Shown one piece after another: positions 48,631 to 61,930 of a DNA stretch of 64,000 nucleotides. The notes below the pieces were generated by a model that saw nothing but the letters and a program-made list of their open reading frames with translations, made no database searches and was not told the origin of the DNA. Made by a program: the position numbers and the translations under genes. The DNA is from Antechinus flavipes. Lineage: Eukaryota. The stretch spans positions 7,378,001-7,442,000 of the forward strand of contig NC_067401.1 in assembly GCF_016432865.1 (NCBI RefSeq), given 5' to 3'. Position 1 is the first letter of the stretch; each line of letters starts with the position of its first letter.

Positions 48631-50759
48631 GGCTGTATTGGGATCACCCCCAGTCTTCTCTTCTCGAGATGGAACATTCCCATTTCTTTTCAGCAGTCTT
48701 CATGGCAAGAATTTCAGCCCCTTCACTCTCCAGGTGTCTTTCTTCTGCACAAACCCTCATGATTAATTTCTTTCCTTAAATGTGGCACCCAGAACTGAAT
48801 ACAAGATTCCATGAGTTGAGTAACAAAGCAGAATATAGTGTTCTGCATACTCTAGAGACAGCTGGTGACAGAGTGGACAGAATAATGGGTTTGGAGTCAA
48901 AGGACCCAAGTTCAAATTCAGCATCAGCCATTAATTAGCAGTATGATCTTAGACAAATTACTTAACCTTTATCAGCCTCAGTTTCCTCAACTTTAAAATG
49001 AGAACAAAATGGCACTGCTTTTCAGGGTTATTGTGGGGATCAAAGGAGATATTTGTAAGTAGTACTTGACATATAACTGGTACATAATATAGAAATGCTT
49101 TCCCTCCCCTTCCCCCAGCCTTTCTTAATGCAATCTAATATGATTACAATATCATGTAAGTTTTTTTGACTGCCATGTCACACTGTTACTTCAAACTAAG
49201 CATGTGGTCCCTTAAAGCCTTGAGAATCTTCTTGGCTAGTTCTGTCTCCACTGATGTCTCCCTCCAATAGAGGGAGACACTCACAGCTCATTGAATCCTG
49301 CCTGTCTTTGGAACTTTAGAGATCAACCGATTCAAAGCTTCTGTTTTATAGATAAGAAAATCATCTAGGGAAGGGGGTGGAGGGGAAGAGTGGGAAAAAT
49401 TGGAACGCAAGGTTTTGCAAGGGTCAGTGTTGAAAAATTATCCATGCATAGGTTTTTTTTCCAAAGGCAAGTCAATAATCTTTTATTCAATTATTCATTC
49501 ATTCATCAAACATTGTGGAGAGGCTACTATAGACCAGGCACAGCAGGATAGAAAATAAAGGAGATAGCAAATAGAGAATAGAATTGGACTGTGCAAAGTA
49601 TCACAAAATCTTTTAAAATACAGACCCCCCAAAAAAATACAGACCCCAGCAAAAAAAAATCAAAATAGAGACCCAAAGTCTCCCAAGAAAAGCAAAACTT
49701 AGCCAGAAGCATAAAGTTGGAGCATAAAGTAGGCACCTAATCATAGAATCTTAATCTCCCAAACATCTCTTCCATTCATTCCCTCTACAACATTCCCAAC
49801 AAGTGACCATTCTATTTCTGCTGGAGCATTCTCAGAAAGGGGAAACTCACCACCAAGAGAGTCAGCCTGCCCCATTGTTGGATGGCTCTCATTGTTAAAA
49901 ATAAAAATAAAAAAGTTTTTTTTTTCCCTTCTATACTTAGCTAAGGTCTATTCCCCACAAACCTCTTCTGGGATCAACCAAAAATATATTATCCTCTGTC
50001 ATTATGACAGGCTTTCAGATGTTTAAAGACAATCCCTTACCTAATTCTTGTCTCCTCTAGGTTATGCATCAGTAGGTCCTTTTCCACAAACTTTTTAATT
50101 CATGCATATGTTTTGAAAATAAAAAGCTTTAATAAAAAAAGAAAGAAAATGGAAATATGGTGCCTTCAGACTCCCTGCAAATCAGTGGGAAGGAAGGACT
50201 TGAAGCAAGAACAGGATGGACCATTCAGTTCAGTGCATTTATTAATCACCCTCGATACATCAGGAAGAAGAGCAGTGTGGTGCAGTAGAAAGAGATCCAG
50301 CCTTAGAATTTGAATCTCACTGTTGAATCATACAAGCTAACTAGGTCACTTAACTTCTCAGTCTCACAGGCAACCCTCCAAGACGAGTAGCAGAGCAGGT
50401 GCAGATTTGCATTGGTAAAAGGACTTTCCACATCTGGGAGTTCCCTATACTCTCTGACTACAAAAATAGGAATGGAATGGCCTCTGCCCTCAAGGAGCTG
50501 CCGTTTTCCTGAGACTGTGTGTAGTCTACAGCATATAATCACAGACTCTCAGAATGGAAAGAGTTCTTAGTCTGATAGTCATTAATCCCAGGTAGTCTGA
50601 CCTACATGAAAGAGTTTTTTGGAGGGTAGGGTTGAGTACTTTCCATGCCATCCAAATTCAGACAGAAAGCTATGGAGACTGAATGATGATCTATTTTTTT
50701 AATTTTTAAAATTATTTTATTTATTTATATTGATTTTTAATATTTAAATTTATATATTT

Positions 50760-51290
50760 TAAATTATTTTAAAGTTACATGTGTACATTCATTCTTTACT
50801 ATTTCCATATGAGCCAATTTGGGAGAGAAAAACCAGAACAAAAGAGAAATACCCATGAAAGAAAAAACCACAGAAGGAAAAAAAGATGAAAATATTATGC
50901 TTCGCTCTGCATTCAGTCTCCATAGTTCTCCCTCTCTGAATGTGGATAGCATTTTGAATCCAAAGTTTATTAAAATTGTCTTCGATCATTGAATTGCTGA
51001 GAAGAACCGAGTCTGTCATAGTTGATTGCAGCACAGTCTTGGTGTTGAAGTGTGATTTTTTTTTTCCTCATGGTTCTTCCCTTTCATTCTGATTTTTCTT
51101 TTACAATAGGATAAATATGGAAATACATTAATATGACTGTACAGTATAACTTATACCAGAGTGCTTGCTGTCTTGGGCAGAATGAAGAGGGAAAATTGAA
51201 ACTCCAAATCTTACAAAAATGAATATTGAAAATGATTTTACATGTAATTGGAAAAATAAAATACCATTGAAATTTTTTTAAAAGAGCACT
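50760..51290. mobile_element. Two L1 3' UTR pieces in opposite orientation (minus 50760-51050, plus about 51060-51290)
   Basis: Both pieces match the marsupial L1 3' UTR also seen at 9100-9440 and 61600-61920. Confidence 0.7.
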
Positions 51291-51879
51291 TTACCAGACA
51301 TCAATGCAGCTTTTATGCTCATCATTGAAGTATTATGGGAAATTCTCTACCATCCTCTAAAGGCAAGTCAATCCATTTGGGGATAGCTCTGGCATTAGGG
51401 CACTTTCCCTAAAGAGAGAGAGAGACAGAGAGACAGAGAGACAAAGACAGAGAGAGACAGAGAGTGATGGGGAATTCTCTCTTTTCATGCCGGATTGCCA
51501 CTATCAGACAATGCTCCCTTTTGAAATTCGTTAACTAGGGCTGCACAGCATGCTAGGAAGACAGATGGCTTCAGTATCAGGCAGGAAGCCCTGGGTTCTA
51601 GTCTCTTCACAGTGACATGGTGACTGTGCCCATTTCTCAGTGTTCTAGGCAACTCTTAAGTCGCTAAGTTGCAGAGAAGGGGCCAGCCTGCATTTTCTGC
51701 GTGAGTCTCTATAGCAGACCTTAAAGTTCTCCAAATTTAACTGCTTAGAAAGTTGTTAAAAGTTGAGAGAACGATAGAAGCATGAACAGAAATATGAAAT
51801 CCTCATACAAAGCGTTTAAGCAATTTCCACCTAGCAGGGAGTCTCTAGTGTCCTGCTCCGCCCTCTCCATCTGCTCGGC

Positions 51880-52590
51880 GTTGCCTATGGACGTGCTCAC
51901 GTGCTCATTTTACTTGTTTGTTGGTCTGAAATAAATAAATGAAATGAAAGTAGAAACTGCGGTTTTCCGCCATTCCGGGAGAATGATGGAGAATCGACCT
52001 CCCCGCTGCACGCCGGCACCGCTTTAGTTGCCGGGCATCCCTGCGGGCCCGCCGCCCATCCCTACTGGAGGATGATGGGAAACTCCCTGCCTTCCTCCAG
52101 AGGCCGCCAGCCCGCGGCGCGGTCCCCGGCCCCCCCTCCCGACCCATGTGGCTGACGTCAGGACGCCCGAGCGCGGGGCGGGGCCGCCGGGGCCGGGGCG
52201 GGGCCGGCCGGGGGCGGGGCGGGGGCCAGTAGCAGAGCCGGAGCCGGAGCCGGGCCGGGCAGCCGGGCGGAGGCGGCCGATGGAGATGGGCACGCAGGGC
52301 TCCGGGCGCCGCAGGCTCCCCCAGCGGGAGCGCCTCACGGCGGAGGACGACGCACTCAGCCAGATCGCCCGCGAGGTGGGTGGGTGCGCCGGCCGGGGCT
52401 GGGGCCGGGGCCGGGGGCCGGGGCCGGGGCTGCCGGTGACCTTCGCGGGGCCGCCTGAGCCGGCCCGCCGGGGACATACAAAGAGCCTGCTCGGAGCGGC
52501 CCGGGACGTCAGCTCGCCGGGCCGGGGCCCGGGAGCGGCCGCGTGGCCTGGGAGGCCCTTTCCAGCTCTCGGCTTCTGAGCCCGCAAAGC
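51880..52590. promoter_or_regulatory. LRRFIP1 CpG-island promoter
   Basis: Very high GC and CpG density, many GGGGCGGGG boxes, a perfect CRE TGACGTCA at 52153-52160 and CACGTG at 51898-51903. Confidence 0.9.
52280..52375 (+). CDS. LRRFIP1: LRR-binding FLII-interacting protein 1, first coding exon (MEMGTQGSGRRRLPQRERLTAEDDALSQIARE)
   Basis: Close match to human MDMGTQGSGRKRLPNRERLTAEDDALNQIARE, with donor GAG|gtgggt. The next exon (AEARLAAKR...) was not found, so it lies beyond the window. Confidence 0.95.
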
Positions 52591-54831
52591 CCCTCTGCTC
52601 TTCTATCTCTCTGGACCTCAGTTTCCCCATGTGTAAAATAAAAGGATTAGATTAGACAGCTTGAGAGACCCCTTCCAGCTTTAAGTCTCTTAGACGAGGT
52701 CTCAGTTTCCCCATCTGCACAATGAGAAGGTTGGACTTGGTGACTTGGGAGGCGCCTTCTAGTTCTAACGTCTCCTTAAAACTCCCGGCCCTCAGTTTCC
52801 CTAGCTCAAAAAGGAGATATTTAGCCCAGAACTGGATGACGTCTGACTAGAGGACCTGGGTTCAAATGCGGCTCTCCTGGGTAGTGGAGTGTAGAGGGGT
52901 TAAATCTGGTGAGCTCCCTGGATCCCAGTGATCTGTAAAATTGCAGGCTACGTGATCCTTGGGATGCCTCCAACTCTTACATATGCGATCCTTTGGGCAG
53001 AAGGGTTTGTCCTTAGATCTGCTGCTAGATGTCTAGCATTCATTTATTAATGAATATTAACACCTACTATGTGTGGAACATAGCGCTTGAGCTGAGGGTA
53101 ATGGGACAAAAAAGTGCCTTGAATGACGGAGCTATTCAGTCAATAAGGATTTATTAGGGGCTTACTATGTGCCTGGCTCTGTGCTAAGCCCCCAAGGATA
53201 CAAATTCAAGGGGAAAAAGTACACGTTGCAGGCCTCCTGAAGCTTCAGTTCTAATGGGGGAACCCAAACTTAGGGAGGGGGGAGATACCCCCCTCCCCCT
53301 CTGCTGGCCTGGGGCTCTCCCTAAATGGATGCTCCGGGAGGAGCCACCCAGAGGTGAGCCAAGGGACTGTTCCCTTCCAGTTGCCCGGCTTTCCTGCTTC
53401 TGGTCTGCTGGCTTGGTGCCTTGAGAACTGCCAGGCCCTGCCCTCAGAGAGCTCTCCTCCTCCTGAGGAGACCGGCACAAATGAGCCACCGAGGCAGGGA
53501 AGGAGACAAGTGATTGCCTCCGAGCCTCCCTTGGCCTCCGTCCCAAAGGTTCCCGGGTAAAGCCATCACTCGGGATTCCAGCCTCCGGAAAAAGCCCACC
53601 TTCTCCGAGAGCCTCTCTGGCTTGAGCCCGGAAGACCGGAATAGAAGCCCAGCTCCCTCCTCTGTGACCCTGGACAGCTCAGTCAATCTCTGAGGCAGCT
53701 GCTAAGACTATCTTTGGCAGGGGAGGCAATGGCCTCCATTAGAGAGGAAGTTCCTCATACCAATGAGTTCTAGTATCTTTCCCCAGGGAAGCTTTTAATT
53801 TCCCTTAGTGACAACTTAGTGTCTTTTCCTCCTCAAATGATAACAAAGTAAATACTTGAGATCCTAGGAGCCTAGATTTAAGGCCGGAAAGGAACTTCTC
53901 CCATTTTGCAGATGAGCAGATAGAGGCCCAAGGGCCTGCTTGCCGGGTCTCCCCCAGGACTCCAGGCCAGCCTTAGACATTTCCCAGCCTCCTCTTCTCA
54001 TCACCCCCGTTTCCCCCCTTTCAAACAGGACTAGTAATGCTTCCATTGCTAACCTCACGTGGAGGGTTGTTGGGGAAGAAAGGAATTGGCCAATGGAGGA
54101 AACTGTACATGGCTAATGGGACAGATGGCTCGTCCGTCTAGAACCCAGTAAGGTTTCTGAAAGTGCTTTGAGAGAACGTGGGCAGCCACGGATTGTAGTA
54201 CACAGAGGGTGGGTCGCAGGGTCCAGGCGCTGCCTGACTCTCTGGCTCTGTGGCCTCGGGGTGGACCACTAACTTCTCTAATTCCCCAGAAAACTGGCTT
54301 AAGCGCAGGGAGAGGCCGGTAGCCAATCAGCACCGGTGAAGGGAGTTTTCACAAGAGGAGTTCCGTGAGGAGGGAAGGCCCCCAACGGCCAGCTTAGACG
54401 GCTGTCCTGGCTGGGTTTTCAGCTGGGGGTGGGGAGAGGGGGGGTGGAGGCGGAGTCTTAGAGCAAAGGCGCTTTGCTGGATGGGACGGAGGAGGGACAG
54501 CTTCCCGTTGGGCTCCTTGTGCCCGTGGGGGCCAGGCCGGGCTCTGGCTTTCAGAGGCCTGTGGGGCCGACGTGCTCTACACTGGTCAGGGGCAGACCCT
54601 TGGGTTCGGGCAGCCCTTGGTCTAGAACGCGCCTCCCGGCGCTGGGCTAAGCCACAGAGAAGGGGGCGGCCCCGTGGCCAAGCTCTCGGCTGTCCGGGCC
54701 AAGTTTCCTGCTGGAGTCCACGTTTCTGCAGGAGACATAACCCACTTAGACTCCATAAGCCTCTGGGACCTGCTCATTTCCCTTCAGAATGGCGGCTCCT
54801 AACTGAACACCTTTAAAGGGAAACATGACAA

Positions 54832-55280
54832 TATCTCCGCCGCCCCTGGGGGAGGCCTGTGCGGGCCCCACGTGGGGTCACCTGCGCTCAGGACTTTTGT
54901 CAGTGTGTCCGGGACGGTCCCTCCCAGCTGAGGGGATTTAGGACGTGGGAGCCTGTGAGAGGGGCCAGCAGGAGGACCCTTATCTCCGCCGCCCCCGGGG
55001 GAGGCCTGTGCGGGCCCCACGTGGGGTCAGCCTGCGCTCAGGGCTTTTGTCAGTGTGTCCAGGACGGTCCCTCGCAGCTGAGGGGATTCTCAGGACCGTG
55101 TGAGAGGGGCCAGCAGGAGGACCCTTATCTCCGCTGCCCCCGGGAGAGGCCTGTGCGGGCCCCACGTGGGGTCACCTGCGCTCAGGGCTTTTGTCAGTGT
55201 ATCCGGGACGGTCCCTCGCAGCTGAGGGGGGATTCTCAGGACCGTGTGAGAGGGGCCAGCAGGAGGGGCCCTTATCTCCA
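54832..55280. repeat. GC/CpG-rich minisatellite, three ~146-bp units
   Basis: Units start with TATCTCC at 54832, 54981, 55126 and 55273. Confidence 0.95.
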
Positions 55281-56007
55281 GCCCGACCCCCCGGGGCCCC
55301 AGGTTTTTGCTGCTGGCCTAGCACCGGGTAAACACTTAAAACACATAGACACCTCTTTGCTGTGAGTGGTTATTTATAATCTGCACCAGGGTCCTGGCCC
55401 GGCCCGGCCCGGCTCCCCTTGGGATCGTGGAATTCTTTAGGTGACTCTTAAGCTAGCGAGCCCGAGGGCCGGACGGCTCCCTTTTGGTTCTGTTTGTCCT
55501 TGCGTTCCCGGCACCTTGCAGAGTCGCTGCCAGATTGAGGTTTCTTTAATTGGATTTTGCTTGTGGGAGCAGTGGAGCCGGAAGAGGGGTGTCATGGGGG
55601 CCAGAAGTGAGTCATGAGTCCATCAGGACCAGTGATTCAGAGCAGAAAGGAAGGAGGAATAAAAACTCCCAAGCCACGCAGTAGCTTTGGAGTCAGAGAT
55701 CCTGCATTCAAATTCTGCTTATAGGACCTCAGGAAAATAGTTCTTCCCTCTCCCAGCCTCAGTTTATTCATCTGTAAAATGAGGATATTGGACTAGGGGG
55801 CCACAAGGACTTTGAACTCTTCATCTATGATCTTGTGTTTTATACTCTCTATTTTAGGATTATTAGAGAGAACAAGAAAGAGGGAGTGGGGGAGCTTGAA
55901 ACTAAAAACCAGAGAATTCCCCCTACTTAATAAAGCATTGAAGTGTCTTATTATCCTGAGAGAAGCCGCTTCTATCCCTTTCAGTTCCAAATCTATGCTG
56001 TTGAGGC

Positions 56008-56319
56008 CTTTCTCTGAGCCTCAGTTTCCTTATTTGTAAAATGAGGTTGCACTAACTGACCCGAGGTCCCTTTGAAGTCTAGAGCATTGTTATTGTTGCT
56101 GCTGGTGGTGCTGGATCCCATGCATCCATCTATGACCCCATGGCCCGAAGCACTCCAGGACCTTCTCTGAGCCTCAGTTTCCTTATTTGCAAAAGGAGGT
56201 TGCACTAACTGACCCGAGGTCCCTTTGAAGTCTAGAGCGTTGTTACTGCTGCTGATAATGATGGTAGGATACAGTTGCGTCCATCTGTGACCCCATGGCC
56301 CAAAGCGCTGCAGGTCCTT
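56008..56319. repeat. Tandem duplication of ~154 bp containing a MIR core
   Basis: tctctgagcctcagtttccttatttg.aaa..gaggttgcactaactgacccgaggtccctttgaagtctagagc at 56011 and 56164. Confidence 0.92.
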
Positions 56320-59300
56320 TTATCCTCCACTATCTCTCAAAGTCTTTCCAAGCTCGTGCCCATTGCTTCCATGACATTCTCTATCCATCCATCCTCTACC
56401 TTCCCCTTTTCCTTCTGCCTCCTCTCTTTCCATTATCAAGGACTCGTCTCTTCTTGTGGCCAAAGTATTTCAGTGTTGACCTTGTGGTGAATTGTCTGAA
56501 TAATTTCTTTGCGTAGCGACTTCTTTGATCTCCTTGCTGTCCAAGGGAGGCTCACAAGTCCTCTCCAGCAGCGCCGTCGGGAAGCCTCGGCTCTGCCTGC
56601 AGTTGAGCTTTCCTCACGGTCTGCTCCTCCAGCCGAAGCTGGGACCAGCCTAGCTTTGTCTGTGGACCATTATGGACAAGCTGATATCTCCGCCCAGTCC
56701 AGTTCAGATTTGCCACAGCTGTGAAGCTACTTTTGATTTGTTCGTGTTCACCCATTTAGTGCCTGATGTTCTCTTGCCCTCCAGGCCCCCATAAGCCTTC
56801 ATGCTGCTCCCCTTTCTGAGCCTTCTTTCGTAGTCCTCCAACTATGGTGACACGGGCGGGTTAGATGGGCCCGTTTAACCGAGGGAAGAGTGAGGGGAGC
56901 AGGGAGTGAGACTCCTGCCCACGCCGGCCGGCCTGTCTGTCCCCAGAGGATCAGGGCACAGCCAGGGATTCCTCCTCCCTCTGGCAGCCCTCGTGTAAAA
57001 CCCTCAGGCTCTGACAGTCGTAGCGAGCCAGAAGCCATCCAGGTCTAGGGTGAGTCTGGAAGCCCGGGGAGCCCCAGCTCCGGAAATCCTTAGTCAGACT
57101 GAGACGGGCCAGAACAACAAAAAAGCGCCTCTTTGTCAGTTCCTGTGCGTGTGCTTCTGAGTCCCCAGGACACGGGGATCTGTTGGCTTTCATGAACTTC
57201 CTAGTGGAAGCATGGACCTGAGACTTGGCGTGTGACCTGACTGGTACGGATTTCTTGCCCCGCCCCCTTCCCTCCGCTGTCTTGGATGAGCTAGAGCACG
57301 GAGGATCCTCCACTTTCCTCACTGATTCTCTTAGTTTCCTTCCCCTTCTTCCAGACCAGCGCTGGGGCTGAGCGTGGCTCTTAGCTCCATGTGTAGCTGG
57401 GGCTCCCATGCTTCCCTTGATCGCCCCAGAGGAGCAGTGGAGGCCCGTAGAAGTGCTCCATGTGGAGTCAGAGGATCCACTTCAATCCATTAAGCGTTTA
57501 TTAAACATCTCCCGTTTACTAAGCTTCGGGCAGCTCAGCACCGGGAATGGAGACAAACCAAAATCACTCATGGTAGAAGCAGGAACTTACATCCTATGGG
57601 GAAACACCACGGATCCCGATTTTTTGTTCAGTCATTTTTACTTGTAACTTTTCACTCTCTGTGACCCTATTTGGGTTTTTTTGGCAGAGAAACGGAGTGA
57701 TTTGCTCTTTCCTTCTCTGGCTCATTTGACACATGAGGAAACTGAGGCAAGCAGGGCAAAATGGCTTGCCCAGGGTCACACGGCTAGTAAGTGTCTGAGG
57801 CTGGATTGGAGCTCAGGAAGAGGAGTGTTCCAGGCTGGGCACTACCCATATAGACATTATGAATTCAGTTAAAATAAATATAATTTCCGTTGGCTTGTCA
57901 ATGGCTTTTCTGAATATGCTCCCCAGGCTGCTCTACTGATTACTTTGTCCTTTTCAACAACCCTGATTCTAGAACTTGTCATTGTAACGGGGGTGGGGGT
58001 GGATGGAAGGAAACCCCAACAACCAAAGGAATTGGCAAACCTTCCTTGGAAGGTGAGTTGACTTGGTCTTGGAGGAAGCAGGAGAGCACCTGAGTTAACA
58101 GAGAGTCTGGCTCTGCCCCGTCAGTCCTGATGTCGGGCACATTCCCCTTGCTGCAGGATCCTTGCTGGGCCTTCCCTGTGCCCCACATGGGGCCGGGCCC
58201 TCTTTCTAAACCCTTGGTTTCTTGTGTTTTCACTGGCTGTATCTGGAAGTTGAGAACCCTCAGGAAAGTGGGGGGTGTCGCCTCATCCGGACCCTTCTAG
58301 CTCTAGGGAGACCTCCCCTGCCCCCCGTACAGCCCTTGGCGTCACCCGGACTTACCAGGCTGCCAAACCAAGTCTTGCCATAAATCTTGGCCCAAGACCA
58401 GAGAAACAAGCCTGTTGTCTTGTACCCCTGGGCCACCTGAGAGCCATTCCTGGCGAGGGAAGGCCAGCTGGGGCTTAACTCGCTAGAGACTCGCGGCTCC
58501 CCCAGTGGCTCATGGGCCTGGGCTGCGGCAGCTGTTACCCATCCCAGAATTCCGACTGGCTTCTCATGCTCTGAAAAGTTGTCATAAAAACTCCAGTGAG
58601 CCTGACTTCATTCCTGGCAGAATTCTGGAGTTGGTTCTAAAGGGCTGCTTCACGAACACTGAGAAAAGGACAAAGCCGTCGGAACCGACCGGCTGGGTAG
58701 CGGGTTTCGGGAAGCCCATTTGCCGGCCCTTTCCAGACCCACTTTATTTCTTTTTTTAAAGGATAAGTAGACTAGAAAATGGCACAGATCATCCTGAGAG
58801 GCAGGGGGTGCCGGACCCGCCATCCCGAGTTCCAATTCTGCTTGGGCCCTTGCTAGCGTGATGATTGGCCGGGTCCCTTCACCTCAACCCATTCCCCCAT
58901 TTGTAAATGAAGAGGACGGATGACTTCTCCCGGCCCTGCTGGCCCTAAATCCAGGACGAGAAGGCCGGTTCTTTCCTTTGCTTCCCTGATAATGGCGATA
59001 GCTTTAGTGATGTCCGAACCCTCTGACTTTTCTGTCTCCCTCTTGTTCCAGCCAATGTCTCCAGCTACGCTGACTGGTCAGCATCTCTCGCCTCTCTCCC
59101 CTCCACCCTGTTTGTGGTTTAAATTACCTGATTCCTCCTGTACAGATGGAGGAATAAAACCCATCAAGGGAAGAAATATGTGTCACCTCCCACCCCCTCC
59201 CCATCCCCTTATCTCCAGGGCAACTACAGCATTCCTGCCTTGCCAGGAATGGCCGGGGCAAGTGTGGGCCCCTTGGATATTTATATCCCTAATCCAAGGC

Positions 59301-61124
59301 CAGCAGCCCCAGATACTGGAAGCAGATGCACAGACGAAATTCCCCGCCCAGCCGCCAAGCACATCCCCCCGTCATCACTCCTGGGGGGCCCCTTAACGGA
59401 TCCTCATCAGCATTGACCAGGGAGGAGGCCCACACCCGGCCGTTTTATGTTTCTAGTGGGACAGAGGGGTCGGAGGGGACCTCCCCCTCCCAGAGTTCCT
59501 TAATTACAACTCCCTTGTTTTTAAGAGGGCACCATCCTTTCCCTCTCCCCAATTCTCAATCTTCCCTTTATCTTCGACGCGTCCTTCGGTTGAAACCATT
59601 CTCTCCAAAGTGACCCATAATTCCTGTTGCCACGTAATGATGTTTCTCAGTCCTAGGTCCTCTCTGCTTGTCCCTCCAGTAATCTTGGTACAGCTCTGGC
59701 CAGCCCTCTGCTCAGAAACCTTCCATAGCTCCCTGTTGATTCTGGGATAAAACACAAATACTTGAGTCTCCCATTTATGCGGGTGCTCTGTGTTTTGGCC
59801 AAGTTGGACCATGTGGCACTGCTCAGACTCAGTGCTGTCCCCCGGGTCAGGGGCAGCCCCCATGCTGGAGTGCATCCCCCCCAGTTCTGTCATTTGGAAT
59901 CCTTTCACTTCAAGGCCCACTTCCTTGAGACAGGCAGCCTTCCTTCCCCTCCTCCCACTGTTCTTCTCTTTCTTTAAATGTTCACAGAGGGCTTTATCTT
60001 AACTGCCCTAGAGTGGGGAAATCAGGAAAACCTGAGTTTAAATTTCTGCCTTTGACATTTATTATCACCTCCCCTCTGTCTGCCTCAGTTTCCCCATCTA
60101 TAAAATGGGGATAATAGCAGCAGCTTCCACCCTTACCCCCAGGATTGTTATGAGAATAGAATAAGATAACATGCAAAATACTTCACAAGCCTTAAAATAC
60201 AGCATCAAAGCCAGCTCTTCTTCCCCTCCCTGGACCTCAGTTTTCCTCTCTGTAAAATGTGGAAGTCGGACTCGATGGCCGCTGAGGTCCAAGATTCTAT
60301 GACCCCACGTGTGCTGTGCTTAGCTGCATTGTTGGTGCATCCTCCACTTCCGCTCCCCTCTTCCTCCGGAAGAATGGAGGCTCTTGGAGGGCAGGAACCG
60401 CATCTGAAAATGCCTTTATTCTCAGCATCTTGCATATGGAAGATGCAGAATCAATATTTATTGAGTTAAATTGATTTAAGTAAATGGCTCTGTATTAAAA
60501 GTGCCTGTTGACACACATTATCTCATTTCATAGGCTCATCTCTTTATAGATAGCGACAGTAGGGACTCTGAGGATTGGAGTTCAGCCCTCTTATTGATCC
60601 TGATCACAACAATGGGGGGGGGGTCACAATACAAATATCACTGCTCCCATTTTACAGCTGCAGAAACAGCTGCAGAGAGGCAAAAGGATTTGGCCAACCC
60701 TTAAAATTTGAAGTCAGGGATTTTAAAGCAAGTTTATACTCCTTGTTTGTCCCAGAGTGCCCCCAGTAACGGCAGGAAGTGTGTGGGCTGAGGGGATAGT
60801 CAGTTGGAGACCTGGTTTAGATGTGGAGCTTTTCACTTCATTCTAGCTTCCCCCCACGGTCATCAGGGACTAATTTGGGGGCTGGCCCCTTGAAGTCCCA
60901 TCCCCGGAGACCTCTGACTGGATGGAAGCAATTGTTCTTTGAAGCACTAAGATTCTCAGACTGCCTTCAGTCCACTTTCCCTACCCGGAGCCCTGGTTCT
61001 AGAAATACTCTGTGACCTTGACACAGATGTTGCCTTTCTGTGGTGAGCATGAGTCCTCTCTGTGCCCTGGCCCCTGAATCCAGCCTTATCTGATCCCGGC
61101 TATAGTTCCTTAGGACGGTAGTGT

Positions 61125-61930
61125 GACTTCTCAGATTGGCTACAATGACAGGAAAAGATAATGATAAATGTTGGAGGGATGTGCAACTGATGCATTGTTG
61201 GAGTTGGGAAATGATCCAACCATTCTGGAGGGCAATTTGGAACGATGCCCAAAGGGCTAACAAAATGTGCACACTCTTTGATCCAGAAGTATCTCTACTG
61301 GGTCTGTATCCCAAAGAGATCATAAAAGAGGGAAAAGGAAGTGCAAAATCGTAGCTCTTTTGTAGTGGCAAGGAACTGGAAACTGAGTAGATGCCCATCA
61401 GCTGGGGAATGGCTGAATAAGTTATTGTATATGAATGTAATAAAATATTATTGTTCTCTAAGAAATGATAATCAGGCTGATTTCAGAAAAGCCTGGAGAG
61501 ACTTACGTGAACTGATGCTGAGTGAAGTAGCAGAATCAAGAGAACATTGTAACAGTAACAAGATTATATAATGATCAACTGTGATGTACTTAACTCTTTT
61601 CAACGATGAGGTGATTCGAGGTAATTCCAATAGACTTGGGATGGAAAGTGCCATCCCCATCCAGAGAGAAACTGAATGTGGATCAAAGCAAAGTATTTTC
61701 ACTTTTCTTTTTGTTGTTTACTTGGTTTTCCCCCCCTTTTTTGTGTTTTTTTCCCTTTTGATCTGATTTTTCTTGCAGAACGTGATGAATATGGAAATAT
61801 ATTTAGAAGAATTGTACATGTGCTGTCTGTGGGGAGGGAGATAGAAAAAAAATTTGGAACAAGATTTTGCAAAGGTGAATGGTGAAAACTATCTTTGCAT
61901 GTATTTAGAAAAGTAAAATGCTTTTAAAAA
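61125..61930 (+). mobile_element. L1 3' fragment
   Basis: tcagattggct.aatgacaggaaaagataatgataaatgttggagg...; homologous to 8590-9430. Confidence 0.9.

Noticed and set aside
50760-51290. Possible twin-primed (5'-inverted) single L1 insertion
   Set aside because: The two pieces overlap by roughly 100 bp of consensus but differ in sequence, and I see no shared TSD. Independent insertions are more likely.
51905-52630. 241-aa and 187-aa antisense ORFs over the LRRFIP1 promoter
   Set aside because: CpG-island artefacts overlapping the real sense exon.
54859-55365. 168-aa ORF with repeated CAQxFCQC motifs
   Set aside because: It has a non-ATG start and is simply the translation of the GC-rich minisatellite. 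The units are 149, 145 and 147 bp, so frame is not preserved unit to unit.
58920-59396. ORF starting MTSP..., like the alternative LRRFIP1 first exon (human [22 protein letters not shown])
   Set aside because: The similarity ends after four residues. There is no [10 protein letters not shown] motif and no GT donor at the expected ~66 nt.
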